Shown here: in pieces, positions 31,932 through 41,779 of the stretch
Position numbering within the stretch: the first letter of the stretch is position 1
Layout of the letters: every line of letters begins with the position of its first letter
Assembly (NCBI GenBank): GCA_044223005.1
Contig: JBGAML010000002.1
Span: 224,001-288,000, forward strand
Length of the DNA: 64,000 nt
Reading direction: 5' to 3'
From: Candidatus Eiseniibacteriota bacterium
GTDB taxonomy: Bacteria > Eisenbacteria > RBG-16-71-46
Translations under genes and position numbers: made by a program
The notes under the pieces: model-generated
The model's input: only the letters and a program-made list of their open reading frames with translations
Databases searched by the model: none
Told to the model about the DNA's origin: nothing

Positions 31932-32849
31932 TCAGCGATACACGCTCTTCAGCTGGCCCCAGGTGCGGGTCGGAGCCGACGTCGGGAAGCCGGCCCACAC
32001 GTCGATGACCGGCGCGGCCGACACGGCGGCACCGATCGGCGGCAGGCCGAGTGCGTCACCGATCGTGCGCAGGATCCCGTAGTGCGTGACCGTCGCGGTG
32101 CTCGCGTATCCCGTGCGCACGGTCGGTCCCGCGAACACGGTGAGGATGTGGTTTCCCGAGAGGTTGTTGTCCTCGTCCCACGTGAGGATCACGACGCCGT
32201 TCGGGCCCACCGCCGAGATCATCGCGGGCAGGTTCGCGGCGAGCCACGCGTCACCCGTGGCGACGGCGCAGTCGTGCGTGTTGTCGCAGTTGTTCGGCAC
32301 CACGAACGCCAGGTTGGGCAGCGTGTGCGCCGCGATGTCCACGGCGAGATCGGTGTAGGGCCGCTCGCGCGTGTGATCGAGGTTCGCGAAGTCCGTCCAC
32401 GGGTCGTGCTTGCGCGTGTACGAGTTCCCGGCCGTCGCGCACACGGGGTCGCCGACGTTCGGCAGGCCCTCGGAATAGGCGCGCCACGAGCGGCCCGCCA
32501 CCTCGCACGCGTGCCCGAGGTTCTCCGCCGAGTAGGGCGAACCGGGCGCGGGGCAGGCGTCGTTGACGACGCCGAGCGTGCTGCCCGCCCAGAGCGCGAT
32601 GTAATTGGGCTGGGACGGGTGCGTGACCGCGAACGAGTTGGTGCAGGTGCTGTAGTTCGTGATCAGGGACGCCGTGTACGCGGCCGTCCGCACCTGGTCG
32701 TAGCTCTTGTTCTCCATGATCACCACGATCACGTGATCGAGCGGCGGAACCTGCGCCCGGGCCCGAGCGGGGGTGATCAGCGCACCGGCGAGAAGCGCGC
32801 CGAGCAGGAGGAGCCGCGAGACGGGACGGAAGGGGTTCATCGAGCGCAT
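31932..32849 (-). CDS. Secreted phosphoesterase (acid/alkaline phosphatase superfamily) with TWGxLKSxYR tail
   Basis: Signal peptide; DHVIVVIMENKSY, HPSQPNYIAL, YTRKHDPW, NTHD, GDAWL, TWDED, THY; ends TRTWGQLKSVYR. Confidence 0.92.
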   Translation of the reverse strand: MRSMNPFRPVSRLLLLGALLAGALITPARARAQVPPLDHVIVVIMENKSYDQVRTAAYTASLITNYSTCTNSFAVTHPSQPNYIALWAGSTLGVVNDACPAPGSPYSAENLGHACEVAGRSWRAYSEGLPNVGDPVCATAGNSYTRKHDPWTDFANLDHTRERPYTDLAVDIAAHTLPNLAFVVPNNCDNTHDCAVATGDAWLAANLPAMISAVGPNGVVILTWDEDNNLSGNHILTVFAGPTVRTGYASTATVTHYGILRTIGDALGLPPIGAAVSAAPVIDVWAGFPTSAPTRTWGQLKSVYR

Positions 32850-33182
32850 GGGTGTCGAACCTCGCAGGGTGGCCCTGGGCGCCGGACCCGGCAGGATCCG
32901 ATCACGCCAGCCGTGTGTGTGAACACGGAGTATGGGTGCCCCCGCGGCGGTCGTCCACTGCGCGGCGCGAGGCATCCGGCCGGAGTTGGCGCGAACGAGG
33001 GGCCCGCCATTCCGCGCCACGGGGCACGCTTCCGTCCCCGTGGACGGAGGGAGCGGCCCCCGGGTGTCGGGGTACGCCGCGGAAGCATGTCCGATTCGCC
33101 CCGGTTCCGTCGCGACAACGAGTCGGAGCGCCCTCACGCCAGCCGCGCCGCCCGCCCGCACCCGCCACTGGAGGAGCCCACC

Positions 33183-36100
33183 ATGTTCGGACGCCGAATC
33201 GTCACGCTCGTGCTCATGCTCCTGCCCCTCGCTGCGACCGCGGCCCCTGCGAGTGCGTTCGCCACGATGACGTTTCCCGAGCTGTTCAATCCTTACCCGG
33301 ACGACGGCGACGAGTTCGGCTCCACCGTGGTGGTGCTGGCGAACGGCAACGTGGTGGTCACGGCCCCCGGCGACGACGGGGTGGGAGCGAGCGCCGGGGC
33401 GGTCTATCTCTTCGACGGGACGACGGGAGCCCTGATCAGCGCCCTGAATGCCTCCTCGACGGGCGACTTCGTGGGCAGCAGCGTGATCACGCTCGCCAAC
33501 GGCAACTGGTTGCTCGTGTGTCCGAACTGGGACAACGGCGCTGCCATCGACGCGGGGGCCGTCGCGTGGGGCAGTGGAGCGACCGGCGTGAGCGGAACGC
33601 TCTCGGCCGCGACCGCCCTCGTCGGATCCACGGCTTCCGACCGTGTCGGCGAGGGAGGCGTGGCGACGCTCGCCAACGGTCACTACGTCGTGCGCAGCCC
33701 GAACTGGGACAACGGTGCACTCGCCAACGCGGGCGCGGTCACCTGGGGAAACGGCGTCACCGGCACCGTGGGCGCGGTGTCGGCCGCGAACAGCCTTGTG
33801 GGCGGGAGCGCGGCGGACAACGTCGGGGCGACGAGCCTCGTCGAACTGACCAACGGCAACTACGTCGTGTCGAGCGTGAACTGGCACAACGGGGCCAATC
33901 CACTGGCCGGCGCGGTGACGTGGTGCAGCGGCACCGCCGGACTGGCCGGAACGGTCTCGTCCGCCAACAGCCTCGTCGGCTCCGCGACGGGGAGTCTCGT
34001 GGGGGGCGGAGGCACGACGCCACTCGCGAACGGGAACTATGTCGTCGTCAGCGACAACTGGTCGAACGGCGCGGTCGCCGCGGTCGGCGCCGTGACCTGG
34101 TGCAACGGCGTCACGGGGCGGACGGGCATCGTGACGGCGGGCACCAGCCTCGTGGGAGGAACGGCATTCGACCAGGTGGGCAGCGACGGGGTCGTCGCGC
34201 TGCCGAACGGGCACTACGTCGTCCTGAGCCGCAACTGGGACAACCTCGCGGCCACCAACGCCGGTGCCGTGACGTGGTGCAACGGCACGACGGGGCGCGT
34301 CGGCACCGTCGCGGCCGCGAACAGCCTGGCCGGGAGCACGAACACGGACGTGGTCGGGAGCGGCGGGATCACCGTGCTCGCCAACGGGAACTACGTCGTC
34401 TCCAGCCCGGCATGGGACAACGGCGGTATCGCCGATGCCGGCGCCGTCACCTGGGCGAGCGGCACGACGGGGCGAGCCGGAGCGATCTCCTCGGCGAACA
34501 GTCTCGTCGGCTCGACAGCGTCGGATGCCGTGGGATCCGGTGGGATCTTCCCGCTGACGAATGGCCACTTCGTGGTCGCGAGCCCCAATTGGGACAACGG
34601 CGCACTCTCCAACGCCGGCGCCGCGACGTGGTGCAGCGGGACATCCGGGCGCATCGGTTCCTTGTCGACTGCGAACAGCCTCGTGGGCTCCAAGGCGTCC
34701 GACAACGTCGGAGGCGACGGCGTGCTCGCGCTCACGAACGGGAACTACGTAGTCCGCAGCCACAACTGGGACAGCGGCAGCACGGTCAACGCGGGGGCGG
34801 TGACGTGGGGCAGCGGCACCGCCGGTGTCAGCGGTGCGATCACCAGTGCGAACAGCTTCGTCGGATCGAGCCCGGGCGACAATGTCGGGCTCTCCGGCGT
34901 GATCGCGCTCACCAACGGCAACTACGTGGTTGCCTCTCCGTCGTGGGACGATGGCGGCCTTGCCAACGTGGGTGCGGTCACGTGGGGCAACGGCACGACG
35001 GGACTGGTCGGCACTCCGTCGGCGGCGAACAGCCTCGTCGGCGGAGCGAGCAACGACAACGTTGGCGCCCGCGACCCGGTGGCGCTGCCGAACGGCAACT
35101 ACGTCGTCTGCAGCGACCTCTGGTCCGCCGGCGGCGTGCCTTACGGAGGGGCGGTGACCTGGGGCGACGGTTTCACGGGAACCGCGGGCGCGGTCTCGGT
35201 CAACAACAGCCTCGTCGGCGGGACTTACCTGGATGTGGTCGGATCGGCGGGTATCACCGTGCTCGCCAACGGAAACTACGTCGTGCGTTCGACCGCCTGG
35301 GACTACGGTTCGGTCGTCGATGCCGGCGCCGTGACGTGGTGCGACGGCGCCCACGCGACGACGGGCCTGGTCGCTCCCTCCAACAGCCTCGTGGGCTCGA
35401 ACTTCGCCGACCGCGTCGGCAGCCAGGAGATCCTCCCGCTCGCGGATGGCAACTATGTCGTCCCGACCCCGAGCTGGGACCACGACGGCATCGCCGGCGC
35501 CGGTGCCCTCACCTGGTGCAGCGGGAGTACCGGCACCAGCGGCGCGGTGTCGGTGCTCAACAGCGTCTGCGGCTGGTCGGCGTCGACCAACATGCAGGAT
35601 CCGCTCGAGAACCCGGTCCACCACGCATTCGTCGCGGGCTTTCCCGCCGAGGGCGGCGGTCGCGTCCGCGTGGGACCGCTCGTCCCATTCGGGCTGGAGA
35701 CCGCGGCCGATGTTCCCAACGACCAGGGCGGCTGGCTGAACCTCACGTTCGACCGCTTCCCGGGCGACTTCGCCGGGTCCGTGCCCGTGATCGTGAACTA
35801 CGCGGTCTGGCGCCGCGTCCCGGGTTCGAGCGCCGCACGCGCCGCGCTCGCGAGCCCGGCGCCGAAGGGCGCGATCGCACCGGACGCCGCGGCGATCGAA
35901 CGGCTCCGCGCGCAGCTCCCGGCGGCCCTCGTGCCCAGCGTCGTGAACGGCGAGCTCGTCGTCACCTCGCCGCGCGAGCGGACCGTCTCGACCACCGGAG
36001 CGTTGCCGCCCGGGACGTGGGGGCTCGTCGCGAACGTGCCGGCGCTGCAGCAGGCGCAGTACCTGGCGATCGTGCCCACGGTCTCGAACGCGGCGGCGAA

Positions 36101-36749
36101 CGACTTCGTCGTCACCGCGCACACGACGACGCCCACGCTGTGGTTCGCCTCCGCGGTGCTCGCGGGACAGTCGATCGACAATCTCGCGCCGGCGCAGCCC
36201 GCGAACTTCGCGGGCGAGTATTCCGGCGGGCAGACGAACCTGCACTGGGACGCGAACACGGAGCACGATCTCGCCGGCTACCGGCTGCATCGCGGCACGT
36301 TCCCGGGCTTCGTCCCGTCCGCGGCCAACCTCATCGCGTCGCCGATCGCGCCCGGCGCCAGCGACCCGGGCGCCGCCGGCAACTTCTACAAGCTGGCGGC
36401 GATCGACGTGAACGGGAACCTGAGCCCGTTCGCGCTGCTGACCCCCGGGGGAACGTCGGATGCCGGCAACGGCAGCCCCGTCGCGTTCGCGCTCCACGGC
36501 GCGCGTCCCAATCCCGCGCTCGGCCGTGACCTGCGCGTGGCGTTCGACCTGCCGACCGACGCCCCCGCGCGCCTCGAGCTCATCGATGCGAGCGGTCGGC
36601 GCGTGCTCGCGCGCGACGTCGGCACGTTCGGCGCGGGCCGGCACGTGCTGGACCTGGCGCGCGAGCGGCGCGTGCCCGCGGGGATCTACTGGCTCCGCCT
36701 CGAGCAGGGGACGAGCCGCGCTCAGGCCCGGATCGCGGTCATCGAGTAG
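33183..36749 (+). CDS. Secreted DUF5650-like 60-aa repeat protein with DxPxDQGG module and C-terminal sorting-like domain
   Basis: GGAGGAG RBS, signal peptide. About 13 units of L.NGNYVV.S..WDNG....AGAVTW..G..G..G.VS.ANSLVG; tail RPNP...LIDASGR...GIY. Confidence 0.93.
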   Translation: MFGRRIVTLVLMLLPLAATAAPASAFATMTFPELFNPYPDDGDEFGSTVVVLANGNVVVTAPGDDGVGASAGAVYLFDGTTGALISALNASSTGDFVGSSVITLANGNWLLVCPNWDNGAAIDAGAVAWGSGATGVSGTLSAATALVGSTASDRVGEGGVATLANGHYVVRSPNWDNGALANAGAVTWGNGVTGTVGAVSAANSLVGGSAADNVGATSLVELTNGNYVVSSVNWHNGANPLAGAVTWCSGTAGLAGTVSSANSLVGSATGSLVGGGGTTPLANGNYVVVSDNWSNGAVAAVGAVTWCNGVTGRTGIVTAGTSLVGGTAFDQVGSDGVVALPNGHYVVLSRNWDNLAATNAGAVTWCNGTTGRVGTVAAANSLAGSTNTDVVGSGGITVLANGNYVVSSPAWDNGGIADAGAVTWASGTTGRAGAISSANSLVGSTASDAVGSGGIFPLTNGHFVVASPNWDNGALSNAGAATWCSGTSGRIGSLSTANSLVGSKASDNVGGDGVLALTNGNYVVRSHNWDSGSTVNAGAVTWGSGTAGVSGAITSANSFVGSSPGDNVGLSGVIALTNGNYVVASPSWDDGGLANVGAVTWGNGTTGLVGTPSAANSLVGGASNDNVGARDPVALPNGNYVVCSDLWSAGGVPYGGAVTWGDGFTGTAGAVSVNNSLVGGTYLDVVGSAGITVLANGNYVVRSTAWDYGSVVDAGAVTWCDGAHATTGLVAPSNSLVGSNFADRVGSQEILPLADGNYVVPTPSWDHDGIAGAGALTWCSGSTGTSGAVSVLNSVCGWSASTNMQDPLENPVHHAFVAGFPAEGGGRVRVGPLVPFGLETAADVPNDQGGWLNLTFDRFPGDFAGSVPVIVNYAVWRRVPGSSAARAALASPAPKGAIAPDAAAIERLRAQLPAALVPSVVNGELVVTSPRERTVSTTGALPPGTWGLVANVPALQQAQYLAIVPTVSNAAANDFVVTAHTTTPTLWFASAVLAGQSIDNLAPAQPANFAGEYSGGQTNLHWDANTEHDLAGYRLHRGTFPGFVPSAANLIASPIAPGASDPGAAGNFYKLAAIDVNGNLSPFALLTPGGTSDAGNGSPVAFALHGARPNPALGRDLRVAFDLPTDAPARLELIDASGRRVLARDVGTFGAGRHVLDLARERRVPAGIYWLRLEQGTSRAQARIAVIE
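33490..35570 (+). repeat. Intragenic tandem repeat, 180-nt (60-aa) period
   Basis: AACGGCAACTACGTCGT-like units recur about every 180 nt (for example near 33852, 34029, 34383, 34914, 35091). Confidence 0.9.
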
Positions 36750-36786
36750 CGGCTCGGTCCACGCGCCGGTGGCGCACCGGGGTCGC

Positions 36787-39700
36787 TCATTGGACCACGG
36801 CGACACGCGTGCTGCGCTGCTGCGTACCCTGCGTGAGTCGCACCCAGTAGATGCCCGCCGCGACGCGGCCGGTCTCGGCGAGGTCCACGACGTGCCGGCC
36901 GGCGCCCAGCGTTCCGACTTCGCGCGTGACGACGCGGCGTCCGCTGACGTCGAGCAGCTCGATCGTCGCGCGCGCATCGTCCGGCAGCGCGAACGCGACG
37001 TGCACGCCGAGGCCGCTCGCCGGGTTCGGGCGCACGCCTTCGAGCGCGAAGGCGACGGGCTCGCTGGCGACGTCCGTGGTGCCGGAGGGCGTCACCAGCG
37101 CGAAGGCGGATTCGTTCCCGTCCACGTCCACGGCACTCAGCTTGTACCAGTTGCCCGCGGGGCCGGCGTCCACGATCGATGTCGACGACTGCAGCGCCGA
37201 GATCCGGTTGGCGGGAGAGGGCGTGAACCCCGCGCTCGAGCCGCGGTAGACGTTGTAGCCCGCGAGGTCGGCCTCGACGTTGGCGTTCCACTGCAGATGG
37301 GTCGCACCGCTCGAGTACGCCGCGAGGGTGACGACCGGGGCTGCCGGCGCCACGTTGTCGACCGACTGGCCGGTCACCGACGGCGTGGTGAACCAGAAGG
37401 ACGGGTTCGACGTGTGCGCCGTGACCAGGAAGTCGTCGCTCGCGAGATTCGAGATCGTGGGTACCGCGACGGTGTACGTGTTCACCTGCATGGCCGGGAC
37501 CGTCGCCACGAGTTCCCACGTGCCCGGCGGCAGCGTGTTCGCCGGCAGCGCGACGCTGCGCGCAGGAACCGTCACCACCAGATGACCGTTCACGTCCTGC
37601 GTGCCGTAGCTCACGGGCAGGCTCGCCGCGACCTCGCGCAGCGCCCCCGCGGCGAGCCGCGGCGTGTTCGCGGCCGCCGAGGCGAGCGCGGGGGCGGTGC
37701 CCGGGACGTGGCGCCAGACGCCGTAGGTGAGGACCGTCGGGTTCGCCATGGGGTGGTCCAGGGACGAGCGCTCGAACGTGAGCCGCAGCCAGCCGCCCTG
37801 GTCCGCGGGAATGTCGGCGAGGCTCGCGACCTGGAAGAGCTTGTTGGGACCGACGCGTACCCAGCTGCTGGTCGAGTTCTGGAAGGACACGACGAACGTT
37901 CCGTTCACGGGGTCGCCCGCCAGGTCCGCGACGCTGGACGAGGCCGCGAATCCGACGACGCTGTTGTCCGTCGTGATCGCGCCGGCACCGCCCGCGGTGC
38001 CGGCGCCCGCCGTCACGGCGCCGACGTTGGTGAGAGCGCCGAAGTCCAGGCCGGACGTGAACGCCAGGTAGTTCCCGTTCGCATACGCCAAGAGGATCTG
38101 CCCGGCATAGTCCTGGGTGTGGGTGCCCACGAAGCTGTTGGCCGCATCGACGGTCCCGACGCGGCCCGTCACGCCGGAACACCAGGTCACCGCGCCGGCG
38201 TCGGTCAGGGCACCGTTGTCCCACCAGGGCGAGCTGGTCACGTAGTCGCCTCCCGGCAGCGCGATCACGGCAGTCCCGAGCTGGTCCGCGTACTGCGTCC
38301 CCACGAGGCTGTTCGCGCTCGTGATGGCGCCCGAGATCCCGGACGTCCCGCTGCCCCACGTGACCGCGCCCGCGGCCACGGCTGCACCATTGGACCAGTA
38401 GATGCTTCGCACGACGTAGTTGCCGTTGGCGAGCACGACGACTCGGCCGGAAAGATCGCCGACCAGGTCGTTCGCGTGCGAGCCGACCAGGCTGTTGGAG
38501 ATGTTGATCGGACCGACCACGCCGACCGACCCGAGGCCGAAGGTCACTGCACCGGCGTCGGCGTTCACCCCGTTGTCCCAGTTCGGGCTGGCGACGACGA
38601 AGTTGCCGTTCGGGAGCGGGAAGACGCCACCCGCACCGGCCCGGTCGCCCGCCGTGCTCCCGACCAGGCTGTTCGCGCCCGAGACGACGCCGGTGGTGCC
38701 GCTGACGCCGTTGATCCGGGTGACGGCTCCCGCGTCCACGATCGCGCCGTTGTCCCAGGAGCCCGCGACCGAGACGGCGTTCCCGTTCGCCAGCGCGACG
38801 AGCGAGGCGCCCACACCGTCGTTCGCCGCGGGTCCCACGATGCTGTTGGCGGCGCTCACCGTGCCGACGCGACCGGTGGTGCCGTTGCACCACGTCGCGG
38901 CCCCCGCATTGGTGGCGGCGCCGTTGTCCCAGGCGGGACTGCCGACGACGTAGTTGCCGTTCGTGAGCGCGATCCCGTTGTTGCCGACGCTGGCGGCCGA
39001 TGCGGCGCCGTAGAGGCTGTTCGTGGTGGAGACCGCTCCCGTCACCCCGGTCGTGCCACTGCCCCACGTGGCGGCACCGGCGTCGGGGAAGGCGGCCGTG
39101 TTGTTCCAGCCCGGGCTCAGGACCACGTAGTTGCCGTTGGTGAGGGCGAGGACGCCGGAACTGCCCACCTGGTCGCTGGCCGACGAACCCACCAGGCTGT
39201 TCGCCGCGCTGACCGCGCCGACGGTACCGGTGGGCGAGCCGAAGGTGACGGCGCCAACGTCGGTCGTCGCGCCGTTGTCCCAACTCGGGCTCAGCACGAC
39301 GTAGGCACCGTTCGTCAGCGCGAACACGTTCTCGCCGACCTTGTTGCCGCTCGCCGTGCCCACGATCGCGTTGGCCGCCGAAAGCGTGCCCGTCGAGCCG
39401 AAGGTGCCGTTGCTCCAGCGGGCCGCGCCCGCATCGACGGCGGCGCCGTTGTCCCACCCCGAGGCGTAGACCACGTAGTTCCCGTTCGTGAGCGCGACGA
39501 CCCGTTCGCCCACGAAGTCGTTGGCCGTCGAGCCGACGATGCTGTTCGACGCACTGACGGCCGCCGCGGACGCGGGGCCCGAGTTGCCGTTGAACCACGT
39601 CGCGGCACCCGCGGACGCGGCCGTTCCCGACCAGTCCGGACTCCGGACGACGTAGTTGCCGTTCGTGAGCACCGTCACGCCGCCCGAGCCCACCCGGTCG

Positions 39701-40170
39701 CCGGCGGTGGTGCCGTAGTAGTCGCCCCCGGAGCCCGCGACCAGGCCCGCGAATCCCGTCGTGCCGCTGCCCCAGCTCACCACGCCGGTGTTCGAGATGC
39801 TGGAGATGTCGGCGTCCGGGCTGCACACGACGAAGTTCCCGGCGCCGACCACGTAGACGCCGCCGCTCCCGATGTGATCCTCCGCATGCGTGCCGATCAT
39901 CTTGTCGATCAGCTCGCCGGTCGCGCCGTTGAAAAGGTAGACGGCCCCGGCGTTCGTTCCCCCGGCGTCGTCCATCGGAGCCGTCACGACGACGTTGCCC
40001 GTGGAGAGCGGCCGGATGGAGATGCCGAACTGGTTCCCGGGCGACGGATTCGGATCGACGAACCCGGGAAAGTTCGCGTACGTGAGCGCGGCGCGCGCGG
40101 GGGCGCTGCCGGCGAGCGCGAGGGTGAGGAGGATCGGGACGAGGCGGCGCATGGGGCGGTTCATGGGCAT
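36787..40170 (-). CDS. Secreted DUF5650-like repeat protein, paralogue of 33183..36749
   Basis: GGAGA RBS, signal peptide, about 12 NGNYVV..WDNG..GAVT units, DIPADQGGWLRLTF, tail RPNP...LLDVSGR...GIY. Confidence 0.93.
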   Translation of the reverse strand: MPMNRPMRRLVPILLTLALAGSAPARAALTYANFPGFVDPNPSPGNQFGISIRPLSTGNVVVTAPMDDAGGTNAGAVYLFNGATGELIDKMIGTHAEDHIGSGGVYVVGAGNFVVCSPDADISSISNTGVVSWGSGTTGFAGLVAGSGGDYYGTTAGDRVGSGGVTVLTNGNYVVRSPDWSGTAASAGAATWFNGNSGPASAAAVSASNSIVGSTANDFVGERVVALTNGNYVVYASGWDNGAAVDAGAARWSNGTFGSTGTLSAANAIVGTASGNKVGENVFALTNGAYVVLSPSWDNGATTDVGAVTFGSPTGTVGAVSAANSLVGSSASDQVGSSGVLALTNGNYVVLSPGWNNTAAFPDAGAATWGSGTTGVTGAVSTTNSLYGAASAASVGNNGIALTNGNYVVGSPAWDNGAATNAGAATWCNGTTGRVGTVSAANSIVGPAANDGVGASLVALANGNAVSVAGSWDNGAIVDAGAVTRINGVSGTTGVVSGANSLVGSTAGDRAGAGGVFPLPNGNFVVASPNWDNGVNADAGAVTFGLGSVGVVGPINISNSLVGSHANDLVGDLSGRVVVLANGNYVVRSIYWSNGAAVAAGAVTWGSGTSGISGAITSANSLVGTQYADQLGTAVIALPGGDYVTSSPWWDNGALTDAGAVTWCSGVTGRVGTVDAANSFVGTHTQDYAGQILLAYANGNYLAFTSGLDFGALTNVGAVTAGAGTAGGAGAITTDNSVVGFAASSSVADLAGDPVNGTFVVSFQNSTSSWVRVGPNKLFQVASLADIPADQGGWLRLTFERSSLDHPMANPTVLTYGVWRHVPGTAPALASAAANTPRLAAGALREVAASLPVSYGTQDVNGHLVVTVPARSVALPANTLPPGTWELVATVPAMQVNTYTVAVPTISNLASDDFLVTAHTSNPSFWFTTPSVTGQSVDNVAPAAPVVTLAAYSSGATHLQWNANVEADLAGYNVYRGSSAGFTPSPANRISALQSSTSIVDAGPAGNWYKLSAVDVDGNESAFALVTPSGTTDVASEPVAFALEGVRPNPASGLGVHVAFALPDDARATIELLDVSGRRVVTREVGTLGAGRHVVDLAETGRVAAGIYWVRLTQGTQQRSTRVAVVQ

Positions 40171-40495
40171 GGCGGTCTCCGGTCGGCCTCCACGTCGCGA
40201 ATCGTTCCGAAGAGTGCGATCGGGCGCACCACGGCCGCGACGTCGGGTGGGCCGCAGACTAACGCGAGCGGTGTGCGAACACGTAGACGTACAGGGACGT
40301 GCCACGCAACCGTGCCGAGGGCAGGCGAGAGCCGACTCCAAGCGCGCTGCGAGATCGCACTTTCGGGTGCGTTCGAACCGACCGGACGTAATCCGCTGGC
40401 CCCATGGCACTTCCGTGGCCTGTGGATCTCTGGACGGACCCTCCGGGTAGGACCGGACATCGATCAGGTCACGCTCCCCGGCAAAGGAGGTCCAG

Positions 40496-41068
40496 ATGAG
40501 AAGCACCCGCTCGTGGATCCACCTGCCGCGAACGTTCGCGCTGCCGGCCGCCGCGATCGCACTGCTGCTCGCCGTCCCGCCGCCGCGTGCGCACGGCGCC
40601 GAGCTGATCCCGTCACTCGGCATCACGCGCAACGTGCACGGGAACGGCGACGCGAAGCTGCTCACGGGGCTCGCGCTGCGGGACGCGCTCGCGCCCGCGC
40701 TCACCGGCGAGATCGCGGTGGCGTACCGCAACGACGATCGCTTCGGCGACCAGCTGCACGTGCGCACGTGGCCGGTCACGGCGTCGCTCTACCTGACGCC
40801 GGTGCCCGCGCTCTATGCCGGCGCGGGCGTGGGCTGGTACCACACGACGTTCGACTACGCGAACTCGCTGCCCGGGCTCGCGGACGAGACGAAACAGGAC
40901 TTCGGCGTGCACGTGGGCGGTGGCCTGCAGATCCCGCTCGGTGGTGCCGCCGGACTCGACCTGAATGGGCGCTACGTGATGCTGCGCCCGCAGGAGAGCC
41001 GGCTCGTGCCGGAGAAGTTCGACCCGGACTACTGGACCACGTCGCTCGGTCTCGTGATCAAGCTCTGA
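40496..41068 (+). CDS. Outer-membrane beta-barrel (OmpA-like, 8-strand) protein
   Basis: AAGGAGG RBS, signal peptide, WPVTASL, LYAGAGVGWY, FGVHVGGG, C-terminal SLGLVIKL. Confidence 0.88.
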   Translation: MRSTRSWIHLPRTFALPAAAIALLLAVPPPRAHGAELIPSLGITRNVHGNGDAKLLTGLALRDALAPALTGEIAVAYRNDDRFGDQLHVRTWPVTASLYLTPVPALYAGAGVGWYHTTFDYANSLPGLADETKQDFGVHVGGGLQIPLGGAAGLDLNGRYVMLRPQESRLVPEKFDPDYWTTSLGLVIKL

Positions 41069-41180
41069 AGCCCGATCGCCGCGCGCGGGACGTTCCGCAC
41101 GTTCTCCCGATCCGACTCTCCGATGTGCTGCCACCCGCGGATTTCCACGGCCGCGTGACGAACCTCACTCGGGAGGCACC

Positions 41181-41705
41181 ATGCACACGACCTCATCGCA
41201 TTCGCGGCCGCTCACGCTGCTCGCGCTCGCCATCCTCCTCGGCATGGCGCTCGCGGCGGCACTCCTGCTCTGGCCGGTACCCGCGCACGGCTACGGGCTG
41301 ACCGGAGTGGGCGGCAGTCTCGGCTACGCGACCCCGCAGGACCTCGACGGCACGGCGGCCGTCGGGGTGCACGCCGTGCTCGAGCAGAGCGGCACCCGGC
41401 TGCACCTCGATCCCAACATGCGCTACTGGAATGTCGACGGCATGCGTGACTTCGCGCCCAACATGGACGTCACGTACCACTTCGGGCGCGATAACGAGCC
41501 GTCGCCGTACGTGGGTGGCGGGCTCGGCGTGCACTTCCTGCACGACCGGCGCTTCGATCGCAGCGAGAACGACCTCGGCGTGAACGCGATCGCGGGGGTG
41601 CGGTTCCCGACCGCGTCGGGGCGCGCCTTCGTGGAGGGGCGCTTCACCGCGAGCGACATGAACCAGGTCGCGCTGGCGACCGGCATCACGTTCGGCACCC
41701 GCTGA
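41181..41705 (+). CDS. Outer-membrane beta-barrel protein
   Basis: GGAGG RBS, signal peptide, PYVGGGLG, LGVNAIAGVRF, FVEGRF, TGITF. Confidence 0.85.
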   Translation: MHTTSSHSRPLTLLALAILLGMALAAALLLWPVPAHGYGLTGVGGSLGYATPQDLDGTAAVGVHAVLEQSGTRLHLDPNMRYWNVDGMRDFAPNMDVTYHFGRDNEPSPYVGGGLGVHFLHDRRFDRSENDLGVNAIAGVRFPTASGRAFVEGRFTASDMNQVALATGITFGTR

Positions 41706-41737
41706 CGTCGAGTGGCGAGGCGCCGGCGGAAATGCGG

Positions 41738-41765
41738 CGGGCGGGTGGCTCGCGCCACCCGCCCG
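41738..41765. terminator. Putative bidirectional terminator hairpin
   Basis: CGGGCGGGTGGC-tcgc-GCCACCCGCCCG, perfect 12-bp stem between convergent stops. Confidence 0.65.
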
Positions 41766-41779
41766 TTCGCATGGAGGTG

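Noticed and set aside
31191..36977. Long N-terminal extensions in the ORF track (31191..36749, 31932..36977; also 20946..24062, 44048..47029, 13192..14328)
   Set aside because: The real starts are internal, marked by an RBS and signal peptide. Most of the extensions overlap other genes.
33490..39900. 180-nt periodicity as a CRISPR array or diversity-generating retroelement
   Set aside because: The repeats are in frame and degenerate at synonymous sites, with no identical repeat-spacer structure. No cas or reverse transcriptase gene is present.
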